A program made the translations under genes and the position numbers. 64,000 bases of DNA, from positions 88,465 through 152,464 of the forward strand of contig CAWJKZ010000004.1 in NCBI GenBank assembly GCA_963843575.1, written 5' to 3'. Below the pieces are notes generated by a model. It ran no database searches. It was given only the letters and a program-made list of their open reading frames with translations, and was not told where the DNA came from. The stretch comes from an uncultured Acidobacteriota bacterium. Lineage in GTDB: Bacteria; Acidobacteriota; UBA6911. This document shows, one piece after another, positions 38,558 through 48,291 of this stretch (its first letter is position 1; the number at the start of each line of letters is the position of its first letter).

Positions 38558-39783
38558 GAAAACGTAGCCTGATATTCCTCTTCCTTGTCGCACTAGCGGG
38601 CTGTTCCTCACCCGAGGAGACCCCTCCCAGTCCCGTCGTGGACGTGAAGGTCGCCAAAGCCGGGACCGCCGATGTCAAGATCACCGTGCGTGCCCCCGCC
38701 ACTGTCTTTGCCCGCGAGCAAGCCAACATCAGCAGCCGTGTTACGGCGCCCATTCACAAGCTGCTCGTCCGGAAGGGAGACAACGTTGCGGCGGGCCAGG
38801 TGCTGGCGCAACTCGACAACCGGGACCTGCTTGCCCAGCAGAGAGAAGCACTGGCGGCGGTCACGGACGCCGAAGCCAACCTGCAACGCATGACCACTGG
38901 GACGCTGCCGACGGACGTCGAGCGGGCGCGCGGGCAAGTGGTCAGCGCGGAGGCGGCGCTGAACCAAGCCCAGAAGATTCACGACCGGCGGCGCCAGCTG
39001 TTCGACCAGGGAGCCATCCCCCAGCGCGAGCTGCTGGTGAGCCAGACCGAACTGGCACAGGCGAGGGCTTCCTACGAGGTGGCGAAAAATACTCTCGATC
39101 TGCTCCAGAACCAATCGCGCGACAAGGACATCCTCATCGCCAGAAGCAAGGTGGAGCAGGCCCAGGCGCGGCTCGCTCTCGTCAGGGCGCAACTCGAGTT
39201 CACCGAGATTCGGAGCGCAACGGCGGGGACGATCACCGAGCAGTTCATGTTTCCCGGCGACATGGCGAAACCTGACGCACCGCTTTTCACCGTCATGGAT
39301 TTGAGCGTTGCAGTCGCTCGCGCCCAGATGCCGGAGAGCGCAGCCGTTGCGGTCAGAGTGGGGGAGCCGTGCACATTCGTGCCTTCCGACAACAGGGGGG
39401 CTTCATTCGGCGGCCGCGTCTCGATGGTCAACCAGGCGGTCGATCCTGCCCGCCAAACCGTCGAGGCCTGGTGCGAAATCCCGAACCCGAGGCGCCTCCT
39501 TCGGGGCGGAGTGTTTGGACAGGCAATGATCGTCACCGGGATTGCGCCGAAAAGCGTTGTCGTCCCTTTGACGGCGGTCCAATTGACTGAGGGCACCAAG
39601 AAAGGATTTGTCATGGTCGTCGGCGACAAAGGAGCGGCGACCAAAAAGGAGGTTGAGATCGGGGAAGTCATCGAGGGCACTGTTCAGGTCAAGAGCGGGT
39701 TGACTGCCGGAGACTCCGTCATTGTCCAAGGCGCTTACGGGTTGCCCGAAGGCACCCAGGTGCGGGTGCAGGAGGAGAAATAG
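38554..39783 (+). CDS. RND efflux periplasmic adaptor (MFP) lipoprotein
   Basis: Lipobox LAGC; lipoyl motif VRKGDNVAAGQVLAQLD; coiled coil; start overlaps the TolC stop (ATGA). Confidence 0.92.
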   Translation: MRKRSLIFLFLVALAGCSSPEETPPSPVVDVKVAKAGTADVKITVRAPATVFAREQANISSRVTAPIHKLLVRKGDNVAAGQVLAQLDNRDLLAQQREALAAVTDAEANLQRMTTGTLPTDVERARGQVVSAEAALNQAQKIHDRRRQLFDQGAIPQRELLVSQTELAQARASYEVAKNTLDLLQNQSRDKDILIARSKVEQAQARLALVRAQLEFTEIRSATAGTITEQFMFPGDMAKPDAPLFTVMDLSVAVARAQMPESAAVAVRVGEPCTFVPSDNRGASFGGRVSMVNQAVDPARQTVEAWCEIPNPRRLLRGGVFGQAMIVTGIAPKSVVVPLTAVQLTEGTKKGFVMVVGDKGAATKKEVEIGEVIEGTVQVKSGLTAGDSVIVQGAYGLPEGTQVRVQEEK

Positions 39784-39785
39784 CC

Positions 39786-42700
39786 GTGACCGCCCGCCTC
39801 GCTCAATTCGTTCAGGCCCACGCCCGGGCCATGGCAATCATCGTCCTCAGTTTTGCGCTTGCAGGAGTGGCATTCACTTTTCGCCTGCCCATCGCGATCT
39901 TTCCGCAGACGGATTTTCCGCGAATCGTCATCCTGGTGGACAACGGCATCACGCCGGTGGACATCCAGATGCTGCGCGTTACACGCCCCATCGAGGAGAC
40001 CATTCGCATTGTTCCCGGCATAACGACCATCCGGTCGGTAACCGCGCGCGGATCGTCCGAGATCAGCGTCTTCTTCCGGTGGGACGTGGATATTCTTAAT
40101 GCGCTCCACCTCGTGCAGGGTCGCATCTCCCAGATTACCCCGTCGCTGCCGCCGACATGCCGGTTCTACATCAATCGTCTGACTTTTTCTGTTTTCCCGA
40201 TGGTAGGCTTCAGCATCACGTCCCCGACCCGCTCACAGTCGGAGCTGTGGGAACTGGCATACTACAACATCGCCCCGCGTCTCTACAGGCTGCCGGGTGT
40301 CGCAGAAACCCGCATCGTCGGCGGGCGCCTTCCCGAGTACCACGTCCTGGTGGACCCGCAGAAGCTGAACAGTTACGGAATGCCTCTGACGAAAGTCACC
40401 GATGCCCTGCGCAGCAACAACATCATTTCGCCGTCGGGAATGGTCCAGGAAAACTACCACCTCTACCTGACCACTGTGACGGGTCTGCTGCGCACCCGCG
40501 AAGAGATCGAAAACACCGTGGTCGACATCCGGGCCGGAACGCCGGTCGCCGTGAAGAATCTCGCGCAGGTCGTAGCCGGAGAGCGGCCCACCTACAACGT
40601 CGTGACTGCCAATGGCCGGCCGGCCGTATTGGTGAATGTGCTGCAGCAGCCGGACGGAAACGCCGTGCAGATCGCCGATGCGGTAAACGCCGAGTTGCGC
40701 GACATCAAGACTCTCCTCCCCCCGGACATCGAACTCGCGACCTTTTACGACCAGTCGGTGCTCGTGCGAGAATCGATCTCGGGAGTAACGGAAAGCATCC
40801 TGATTGGCCTCGTGCTGTCGGTGATCGTGCTGCTGGTTTTTCTCAAGAGCTGGCGCACCACCCTCGTGGCGGCGGTCGTGATCCCGCTGGCGGTGCTTAT
40901 GGCGATCGTCTTCATGAAGTTCTTCAACATGAGCTTCAACCTGATGACGCTCGGGGGATTGGCCGCCTGTATCGGGGTTGTGATCGACGATGCGATCGTG
41001 ATGGTGGAGAACATCGTCGTGCATATCTCCACGGGCCAGTCTCCCACGGATGCCGCGAAGAGCGCCATCACGGAGCTCACCCCGGCGCTGACCGGCTCCA
41101 CCCTCACTCCCATCATGGTCTTCGCGCCCCTGGTCATACTGGGGGGGGTCACCGGCGTCTTCTTCCGTGCCCTGGCCCTGACCATGGTCACCGCGCTGCT
41201 CGCTTCCCTGTTCCTGGCGATCTTCTTCACGCCGACCCTGGCCGCCATTTTCTTCCGCCGCCCGGCCGGGGCAGCGGAAACTGACATCGAAAAGGCGGAG
41301 CAGTCGGGCGAGGGGCGGATCCTGCGCTGGCTCACGGCGCGCTACGAGATTGCCCTGCACTGGTCCCTCCACCATCCGCGATCCATTCTCCTCGCCGCGG
41401 TCGTGCTGCTCGCCCTCATGGTCGGCATTTACTACCAGCTGGGCAGCGGTTTCTTACCCGAGATGGACGAAGGGGCCTTCGTGCTGGATTACGTCATGCC
41501 CCCGGGCACCTCGTTGCTGGAAACGGACCGTGTGCTGAAGCACATCGAGGCATTCCTCAAGGAGACGCCCGAGATTGAGAGCTATTCGCGCCGCACCGGC
41601 GCCCGCCTGGCTCTCGCCATCGCGGAACCGAACACGGGCGATTTCCTCATCAAGCTCAAAAAGAACAGAAAACGCGGCCTGGAAGATGTGACCTCCGAGC
41701 TGCGGCGCAAGATCGTCTCTTCGGAGCCGGCCATAGAAGTGGAGTTCCCGCACATACTCGAGGACCTGATCGGCGATCTCGCGTGGTCGCCGCAGCCGAT
41801 CGAGATCAAGGTGAGCCACGACGACGAAGCCACCTACAAGCGGGTTGCGAAAGAGATCGAGGAGTGGCTTCCGAAGGTGCCGGGAGTCGTGGACATTGTC
41901 AATCGGACGATCGTCATCGGCCCATCCATCAACTTCCGCGTGGATCCGGAGAAGGCGCGCCTGGCTGGATTCGGCGTGCAGGACGTCGCCGACCTGCAGG
42001 CTGCGATGCTCGACGGCGAGGTGGCCTCGGATCTCATTCGCGGGGAAAGGCTGGTGGGCATCCGGGTTCGATATCCGGTCGAGTACCGCTCGTCGACGGA
42101 AAAACTGAAGTCTCTGTTGCTGACTTCTCCGACCGGGCAGACCGTTCCGATGTCGAGCATCTCCGACGTTGAGGTGGACCAGGGCACAACCGAGATAAGG
42201 CGTGAGAATCTGCGCAACATGTCGGCGGTGACCGCTCGTCTCGAGAGACGCGACCTCGGGTCGGCGATCCGGGAGATCCAGCAGCGACTTCCAAAGGAAA
42301 TCGCCATTCCGCCCGGCACGCATATCGAATTCGGCGGCCTGTACGAAATGCAGCGGGAATCGTTCCTTGGACTGACGCAGGTTTTGTTGTTATCGATCCT
42401 GCTCATCTTCATCATCCTGGTCTTCGAATTCCGCTCCTTCTCGCATCCGCTCGCGATTCTGGCGGCGACGATTCTGTGTGGTTCGGGCGCACTCGCGGCC
42501 CTATGGGTCACGGGAACCACGTTGAACATCTCTTCGTTCATGGGCGCTATCATGGTGGTCGGCATCGTCCACAAGAACGGCATCCTGATGCTGGACGCGG
42601 AACAGTATTTTTCAGAGAGGGGTTACGAGCTGCGCGAGGCGATTTTCCACGCCGGACGGCGTCGTTTGCGGCCTATTACCATGACCGCGCTGGCCACCAT

Positions 42701-42857
42701 TTTCGGCATGGCCCCGCTGGCGGTTGGAGCGGGTTCCGGAGCGCAACTGCTCCAGCCGCTCGCCATCGCAGTGATCGGCGGGGTCGCGGTTTCAATGGTC
42801 TTGTCGCTCCTGATCACCCCGGTCCTTTTCTACCAGCTGCGCCAGCACGGGCTGTGA
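39786..42857 (+). CDS. RND efflux permease (AcrB/CusA superfamily)
   Basis: 1023 aa; LPIAIFPQTDFP, GVVIDDAIVMVENI, FLPEMDEG, KNGILM, RRLRPITMT, QPLAIAVIGG. Confidence 0.95.
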   Translation: MTARLAQFVQAHARAMAIIVLSFALAGVAFTFRLPIAIFPQTDFPRIVILVDNGITPVDIQMLRVTRPIEETIRIVPGITTIRSVTARGSSEISVFFRWDVDILNALHLVQGRISQITPSLPPTCRFYINRLTFSVFPMVGFSITSPTRSQSELWELAYYNIAPRLYRLPGVAETRIVGGRLPEYHVLVDPQKLNSYGMPLTKVTDALRSNNIISPSGMVQENYHLYLTTVTGLLRTREEIENTVVDIRAGTPVAVKNLAQVVAGERPTYNVVTANGRPAVLVNVLQQPDGNAVQIADAVNAELRDIKTLLPPDIELATFYDQSVLVRESISGVTESILIGLVLSVIVLLVFLKSWRTTLVAAVVIPLAVLMAIVFMKFFNMSFNLMTLGGLAACIGVVIDDAIVMVENIVVHISTGQSPTDAAKSAITELTPALTGSTLTPIMVFAPLVILGGVTGVFFRALALTMVTALLASLFLAIFFTPTLAAIFFRRPAGAAETDIEKAEQSGEGRILRWLTARYEIALHWSLHHPRSILLAAVVLLALMVGIYYQLGSGFLPEMDEGAFVLDYVMPPGTSLLETDRVLKHIEAFLKETPEIESYSRRTGARLALAIAEPNTGDFLIKLKKNRKRGLEDVTSELRRKIVSSEPAIEVEFPHILEDLIGDLAWSPQPIEIKVSHDDEATYKRVAKEIEEWLPKVPGVVDIVNRTIVIGPSINFRVDPEKARLAGFGVQDVADLQAAMLDGEVASDLIRGERLVGIRVRYPVEYRSSTEKLKSLLLTSPTGQTVPMSSISDVEVDQGTTEIRRENLRNMSAVTARLERRDLGSAIREIQQRLPKEIAIPPGTHIEFGGLYEMQRESFLGLTQVLLLSILLIFIILVFEFRSFSHPLAILAATILCGSGALAALWVTGTTLNISSFMGAIMVVGIVHKNGILMLDAEQYFSERGYELREAIFHAGRRRLRPITMTALATIFGMAPLAVGAGSGAQLLQPLAIAVIGGVAVSMVLSLLITPVLFYQLRQHGL

Positions 42858-42971
42858 ATCGCATCCGGAAGGCCAATATCGCTCCTGCCACAGAAAAGAA
42901 CAAGCCGCGGCCGGCAGCCCGATCAGTCCTCTATCACTGTCGGGATCTTGGCCATTCGGCTGTTACCGGCG

Positions 42972-43424
42972 CTAGTCGACGCGCACCTTGACGACGATCT
43001 TGTGCACCGGCGCCGGCGCGTCGGCGGCGAGGCCCGGCATGTGGGCATCATGGGGATAGAAGACCGCGAACATTCCGGCGCGGAGCGTGGCGAAGCTCCC
43101 CTGGCCTACGAGAAAGACCACGTCTTTTTCGTCGTCGTACTCCTGAACGATTCTCATGTCCGACACGAGCGAGTGTCCGATGGTCTCTACGCCCGACACA
43201 ATGAATTGGATATCCGCGTAGCGGCGATGAGCCTCCCACTTCCCAAGGCGGCGCGGCTTCGTTTCGTAGTGCTGGACGATCGCGAACACGTCCGGACCCA
43301 CGAGCTCGTGGCGTCCCGATTCTGACCGTAGCAGCTCACCGGACCGCAAGGCCCTAAATGCCGCTTCCATTCGGGGTCCCAGCGCGAAATAAAGCGGTGC
43401 GTTTTGCAGATGGTCAACGATCAT
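42972..43424 (-). CDS. YhcH/YjgK/YiaL family protein
   Basis: MIVDHL, WEAHRRYADIQ, YDDEKDVVF, FAVFYPHDAHMPG, KIVVKV. Confidence 0.92.
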   Translation of the reverse strand: MIVDHLQNAPLYFALGPRMEAAFRALRSGELLRSESGRHELVGPDVFAIVQHYETKPRRLGKWEAHRRYADIQFIVSGVETIGHSLVSDMRIVQEYDDEKDVVFLVGQGSFATLRAGMFAVFYPHDAHMPGLAADAPAPVHKIVVKVRVD

Positions 43425-43643
43425 GGAGATCCTCGCAAAACAGCATCATACCCTTTGCTGGGCAGCGTCACGCCGGAGATCCCCTTGGTTCGAGCCGACG
43501 GAAGAGCTCACCCGTACCAGGGGAGAGGATATTGTGCTATAAGAGCGGTCATCAGAGGCTTCCCGCGCGCAACGGCGACGTTCCCTGCCGAGCGAGGGAA
43601 GCCACAGACCACGCCCAGATCACCAGGGCAACACGAGGGTACC

Positions 43644-45791
43644 ATGGCCCGAATCCGGTTCGCTTTCCTTTTCAGCATCGCCCTCTTCGCGTCGGCACAG
43701 GAGTCCTGGAAACCCAGCACGGACTGGGCGCGCTGGCGGCTGGGGCAGAAGCCCGACCTCGAATTCCTGAAGAAAAACAACCTCACGATCACGTTCGGGT
43801 CCGGCGCACCCAACGTCGAGAGCGTCACCCGCAAGGAGTTCGATGCGGCTATGGAGAAAGCCAAAGCCGCAAACGCGAGCTACCACGAAAAGGGCTACAT
43901 CGTGCTCCGCTACCTCTCGACGTCTCTCGCCGGCACGTCGGAGACGGGTGAATCCGTCCCCGCAAAAGCACAGATCCGCATGCTCCGGTTCTACAACGAG
44001 AACTGGAACGACTTCGAAGACTATATCGGGCCAAAGCCGCCCGAGGATCCGACCACCTGGATTACGGTTCGGCCCGACGGCACTTTCCCCTTTTACCGCT
44101 ACGCACCCTACGGCCAGAAGACGGGCAAGGGCTTTGAAACATGGGGATGCCCCAACAACCCCTACTACGTCCGGATGATGGAAGGGCAGATCCGGGCGCA
44201 GGCCGAGACGGGCATCGACGGCTCGTACGTCGACTGGACCCAGATCGCGGGGGGCACCTGCTACTGCAAGTATTGCCAAAAGAGTTTTATCCGCTGGCTC
44301 GAAAAAAACTACCCGCACGACGCCGCGAAAGCCCGCTACGGCACGTCGGACTACGAGCACGTACGCCTGCCGCAGAAACGCGGCGAGCCGTTCTGGACGG
44401 AGTACATCACCTTCCGCTGCGACACGGTCGCGGCCTTCCACAAGCGGCTGCGCGAGGTCGCACGAAAATACAATCCGCACTTCATGATCTCAGGCAACGT
44501 CTTCGGCGGGTTCGGCTATGGTCCGATTGCCTATGACGCCGCAGGCAACATGGAATCGCTCGGCCGCGAGGGCTACGACGACTTCATTTACTCGGAGATC
44601 CAGGAATTCCTCGACTCTGCACCCCGCAAGGACGAAGCGGGAACGAAGATCACCAACAGCCCCGCCCTCAAGTTCCTCGCGGCCGTCACGCACGGCAAGC
44701 CGGTCGTGGTGTATGCGACCGAGATCACACCGCCGATCTTCCCCAACCCGACGGTGAAATGCCTGAGCGCCATGGCGCAGATCAACATCGCGGAAGCGGA
44801 GGCCAATCACTGCATCTTCCGGGAAAAGCGCGAAACGCCCCCGGGCGCAACCGAGATGTACCGCTTCCTGGCGGCGAACGAAGACAAGCTCCTGGGGCAG
44901 CAACTCTACAGCAACGTGGCCGTCGTCGCTTCACTCCGCCAGTACCTGGCCGACGAACTCAGCTTTGCCTTCAGCACCTCCCGCGTGCTTGCCGACAGGG
45001 GGATCGCCCACACGATGATCACCGACGGCGACCTCCTGTCCTCTTCGCCTCTCGCTTACGACGCCGTCGTGGTGCCCTATCTCCCTTTGTTGAGCACCGC
45101 AGAGCAGAACGGACTGATCGGATTTGCGAGGAAGGGCGGGACGGTGCTGGTGCTCGGGGAAAGCGGCTTCAAGAATGAATTCAACCTGCCCCACAAACAA
45201 CCGGTACTGGCGAGTGCGCTGGGCGGCTCCTATCCACGGGCGACGGTGACGAAGAAACTGGGAGCGGGGCAGGTCGTCTTTGTTCCGCTGGTCATCCCGA
45301 AAAACCGCTTCCTGATCCCGATGAAGTCCAAGGGGGACTACACAACCTTCGGCCCGACCATGGCCGACATGTTCGCGGATATCCCGGAGGGATACACCCG
45401 CAACCGCATCGACCCGGCTCTTCGGCAGGTTCTCGACAAACTCGCCGGCACACTCACAAGCGCCTTGGACAAGCGCGTCACAAAATTACTGTCCCCGGCA
45501 CCTTACGTCGAGGTGACCACCATGCTGGACGAGGCGGGGACGCGGATGCTCCTTCACGCCGTGAATTACGACGTAACGGTGCAGGGGGACATCACGCCGG
45601 CCCGCGCACTGAGGGTGCAGCTGGCGCTCCCCAGGGGCAAAGCGGTCCGCAGCATCCGTTACGGGGGGACGCTCGGCGATCTGCACCCGGTGCAACCGGA
45701 ACGCGCGGCCCCGAAACAAGACTCCGTGGTTTTCGAGCTTGACCGGCTCGACCTGTACGGCCTGGCGGTTATCGAGCTGGGTACTCACTGA
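43644..45791 (+). CDS. Secreted putative glycoside hydrolase (TIM barrel + GH42-like trimerisation domain)
   Basis: Signal peptide from ATG 43644; CPNNP, DGSYVDW, CYCKYCQ (GH42-like Cys cluster); YDAVVVP...GGTVLVLG GATase-like domain. Confidence 0.65.
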   Translation: MARIRFAFLFSIALFASAQESWKPSTDWARWRLGQKPDLEFLKKNNLTITFGSGAPNVESVTRKEFDAAMEKAKAANASYHEKGYIVLRYLSTSLAGTSETGESVPAKAQIRMLRFYNENWNDFEDYIGPKPPEDPTTWITVRPDGTFPFYRYAPYGQKTGKGFETWGCPNNPYYVRMMEGQIRAQAETGIDGSYVDWTQIAGGTCYCKYCQKSFIRWLEKNYPHDAAKARYGTSDYEHVRLPQKRGEPFWTEYITFRCDTVAAFHKRLREVARKYNPHFMISGNVFGGFGYGPIAYDAAGNMESLGREGYDDFIYSEIQEFLDSAPRKDEAGTKITNSPALKFLAAVTHGKPVVVYATEITPPIFPNPTVKCLSAMAQINIAEAEANHCIFREKRETPPGATEMYRFLAANEDKLLGQQLYSNVAVVASLRQYLADELSFAFSTSRVLADRGIAHTMITDGDLLSSSPLAYDAVVVPYLPLLSTAEQNGLIGFARKGGTVLVLGESGFKNEFNLPHKQPVLASALGGSYPRATVTKKLGAGQVVFVPLVIPKNRFLIPMKSKGDYTTFGPTMADMFADIPEGYTRNRIDPALRQVLDKLAGTLTSALDKRVTKLLSPAPYVEVTTMLDEAGTRMLLHAVNYDVTVQGDITPARALRVQLALPRGKAVRSIRYGGTLGDLHPVQPERAAPKQDSVVFELDRLDLYGLAVIELGTH

Positions 45792-45805
45792 AGCGGAGAA
45801 ACCTG

Positions 45806-47806
45806 ATGAAAGCACGGCTTGCCCTCTTCGTGTGCCTCCTGCCTGCGATCGTCGCGATCCCGGCTGACCGGGACCAGAATTGGACCCACTTCGTCCGGAT
45901 CGGAGGCAATTCCCTCCGCCTCGACCGGGTGGATCAGATCGTCAGGGATGCCGCGGAAACCAACGTATTCGGCATCGAAACGGACAACGACATCCCCGGC
46001 AGGTACGACAGTTTTCTCGATCCCACGGAAAAACTCGAGGCGATCAAGGCGGTTGCCGCAAAAGCGCACGCGGCCGGCAACTATGCTTTCGTCTACATCG
46101 CCGGACTGGAGTGCATTACGGCCAATGCCGACACGAAGGCCCACACGTTCATGAAGGACCACCCCGACTGGGTGCAGCGCAAGATCACGGGCGAACCGGC
46201 CGTATTCGGCGGGGGATCGGCGTTCTGGATCGCGAAGGGAGATGAGGACGTCTGGATCAGTCCATACGCTCCGGAGTGGCGCCGGATTTACATGGAACGG
46301 GTACGGCAGATTGCGGCAACGGGGATCGACGGGGTGTACGTCGACATCCCATACTGGATGACACATTTCGAAGGTTGGGAGAACACCTGGGCGAGCTTCG
46401 ACGATTACACCGTCGCCGCGTTCCGGCGTGAAACGGCGCTGGACGCGCGCAAGGACATCAAGCTCGGTGACTTCAAGGATCCCGGGTTTCGCCGCTGGGT
46501 CGATTTCCGGATCGCTACCCTCACGGCGTTCATGCGGGAAATCGATGCGAACGTCAAGGCGGTCAATCGCAGCTGCATGACTATCGCGGAGGTCTACCCG
46601 GGAATCGAGGAGGAGGCCGTCCGCGTCGGGGCGGACGTCAGCGAGATGTACGGGGTGGTCGATGCGATTGCCCACGAGTACAACTTCGCCGCGGGCGGCG
46701 GCACGGCGGCCGCCAAGACGCCGCTCGACTGGTTCGGCCACCTCGCGGTCATCCGGAGTTTCCGCTCCTTCGCGCAGGGGAAGCCCTCCTGGATGCTGAC
46801 CTATTCATGGGACGGGGAAAAGGGCGTCGATCGGCGCGATGCCATGGCGAACATGTTCATGGCCCAGGTGATGTCCGGGGCAAACGTGTGGGACGCGCGG
46901 GGCCACGTGATGTCCGGGTCCAACGACCTGCCGACTCGCACAAGAGTCTTCGCCTGGATCAAGGAACACGAGAAGACGTTCTATGCGCCTCGCCACCCGA
47001 TCGCCCCGATCGGTGTTTATTTCTCGCCCGGTACGCGCAATTATTTCGCCTCGGAGTTTGTAGAGTCGTACAAGGGCACCCTCGCGCTCCTGATGCAGTC
47101 CCACCTGGAGTTTCAGGTCGTCACCCCGACAATGCTGCCGGCTTTCGCGGGCCCGGTCCTGATAATGCCCGACGTGAAATGCCTCAGTTCCTCGGAAACA
47201 GAGGCTCTCCGCTCGTTTGTCGCGGCGGGCAGGAGCCTCGTCGTCACCGGGGAGACCGGCCGCTACGACCAACACGGAGAGGCACGCAACGAAAATCCCG
47301 TGTTCCGGCTGCTCGGCGTGAAGCGTCCGGAACGAACGGAGGCGAGCACCACGAGGGTGAGATTCATCTACGATCCCACCTGCCCCGAGAAAGTCTATTG
47401 GCGGCAGCTCACAAAAGAGTTCGACTCCTGCGCCGCGCAGGGGACGGCGACGGGCAGCCGGTTCGATAAATTGCGGCGCAGGTTCATCGACGATCTTATC
47501 CGCGTCTCCGGGTACCGGTCCGAAGTCGACGTGGCGGCGTCCCCCTTCGTGGCCGCGCAGATCGCGCAGGTGAACGGAACGCCGCACGTCTTTCTGGCGA
47601 ACTTCAAGGGCCTCAGGAGCAAGGAAAACGCCACCCAACTGCCCGAACGCAACGTCACCATATCCTTCCGGGCGAAGCCCGGCGCTCGCATCCGCATGCT
47701 GCCGTTCCTTGGTACCGGCGAAGATCTGAAACCCGTCGACAAAGGCGGACGCACGGTTGTGGTCGTTCCCGAAGTGCACAGGGGCGCGGTCGTCTGGGCC
47801 GAGTAG
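45806..47806 (+). CDS. Secreted putative glycoside hydrolase (GHL-type TIM barrel + trimerisation-like domain)
   Basis: Signal peptide; DHPDWVQR, WISPYAPEW, IDGVYVDIP, LIMPDVKCLS...LVVTGETG. Confidence 0.65.
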   Translation: MKARLALFVCLLPAIVAIPADRDQNWTHFVRIGGNSLRLDRVDQIVRDAAETNVFGIETDNDIPGRYDSFLDPTEKLEAIKAVAAKAHAAGNYAFVYIAGLECITANADTKAHTFMKDHPDWVQRKITGEPAVFGGGSAFWIAKGDEDVWISPYAPEWRRIYMERVRQIAATGIDGVYVDIPYWMTHFEGWENTWASFDDYTVAAFRRETALDARKDIKLGDFKDPGFRRWVDFRIATLTAFMREIDANVKAVNRSCMTIAEVYPGIEEEAVRVGADVSEMYGVVDAIAHEYNFAAGGGTAAAKTPLDWFGHLAVIRSFRSFAQGKPSWMLTYSWDGEKGVDRRDAMANMFMAQVMSGANVWDARGHVMSGSNDLPTRTRVFAWIKEHEKTFYAPRHPIAPIGVYFSPGTRNYFASEFVESYKGTLALLMQSHLEFQVVTPTMLPAFAGPVLIMPDVKCLSSSETEALRSFVAAGRSLVVTGETGRYDQHGEARNENPVFRLLGVKRPERTEASTTRVRFIYDPTCPEKVYWRQLTKEFDSCAAQGTATGSRFDKLRRRFIDDLIRVSGYRSEVDVAASPFVAAQIAQVNGTPHVFLANFKGLRSKENATQLPERNVTISFRAKPGARIRMLPFLGTGEDLKPVDKGGRTVVVVPEVHRGAVVWAE

Positions 47807-47838
47807 GCTCTCGCGCCTGCCGCGTCAAGCCCGCCTTA

Positions 47839-48071
47839 GGGCTCGCGCAAGAGTAATTTCACATTTTGCTGACAGCTCCCGAGCCAACAGAGCAAGCGAC
47901 GACAGGAGACTGCTATTAGCGGAGCCGTCAGCCCTCCGGGGCGCGGCGGCGGGCGGGCATCTGCGGCGTTGGCGCTCCTCGACGATGTCACCACATCGCC
48001 TGCGTCGCGGAGCCTGGCATCTGCCCGCCCGGCGCTCGCACCAAAATGTGAACTTATTCTTGCGCGAACCC
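47839..48071. mobile_element. MITE-like element with ~30-bp terminal inverted repeats and TTA target duplication
   Basis: GGGCTCGCGCAAGAGTAATTTCACATTTTG (47839-47868) versus CAAAATGTGAACTTATTCTTGCGCGAACCC (48042-48071): 3 mismatches. TTA on both flanks (47836-38, 48072-74). No ORF. Confidence 0.75.
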
Positions 48072-48291
48072 TTATTTCGTTGTTTTTGAAAAGCCCTCGC
48101 GCTGGGGTAGCCGCAAATGGAGCCGGGTTCTCGCCCCGTACACGCGGATGAACTATGTGGTGCTCGCATCCGGTGCCCCCGGGGCTGGGGAAGTCCCAAA
48201 CCCTGGGCCCCCGACATGGACCAGCGTTGCTTCAATGGCGGCATCGGGATCTGCTGCCATCCGAAAGCAGGGCTCGTCCGCAACATTGGAC

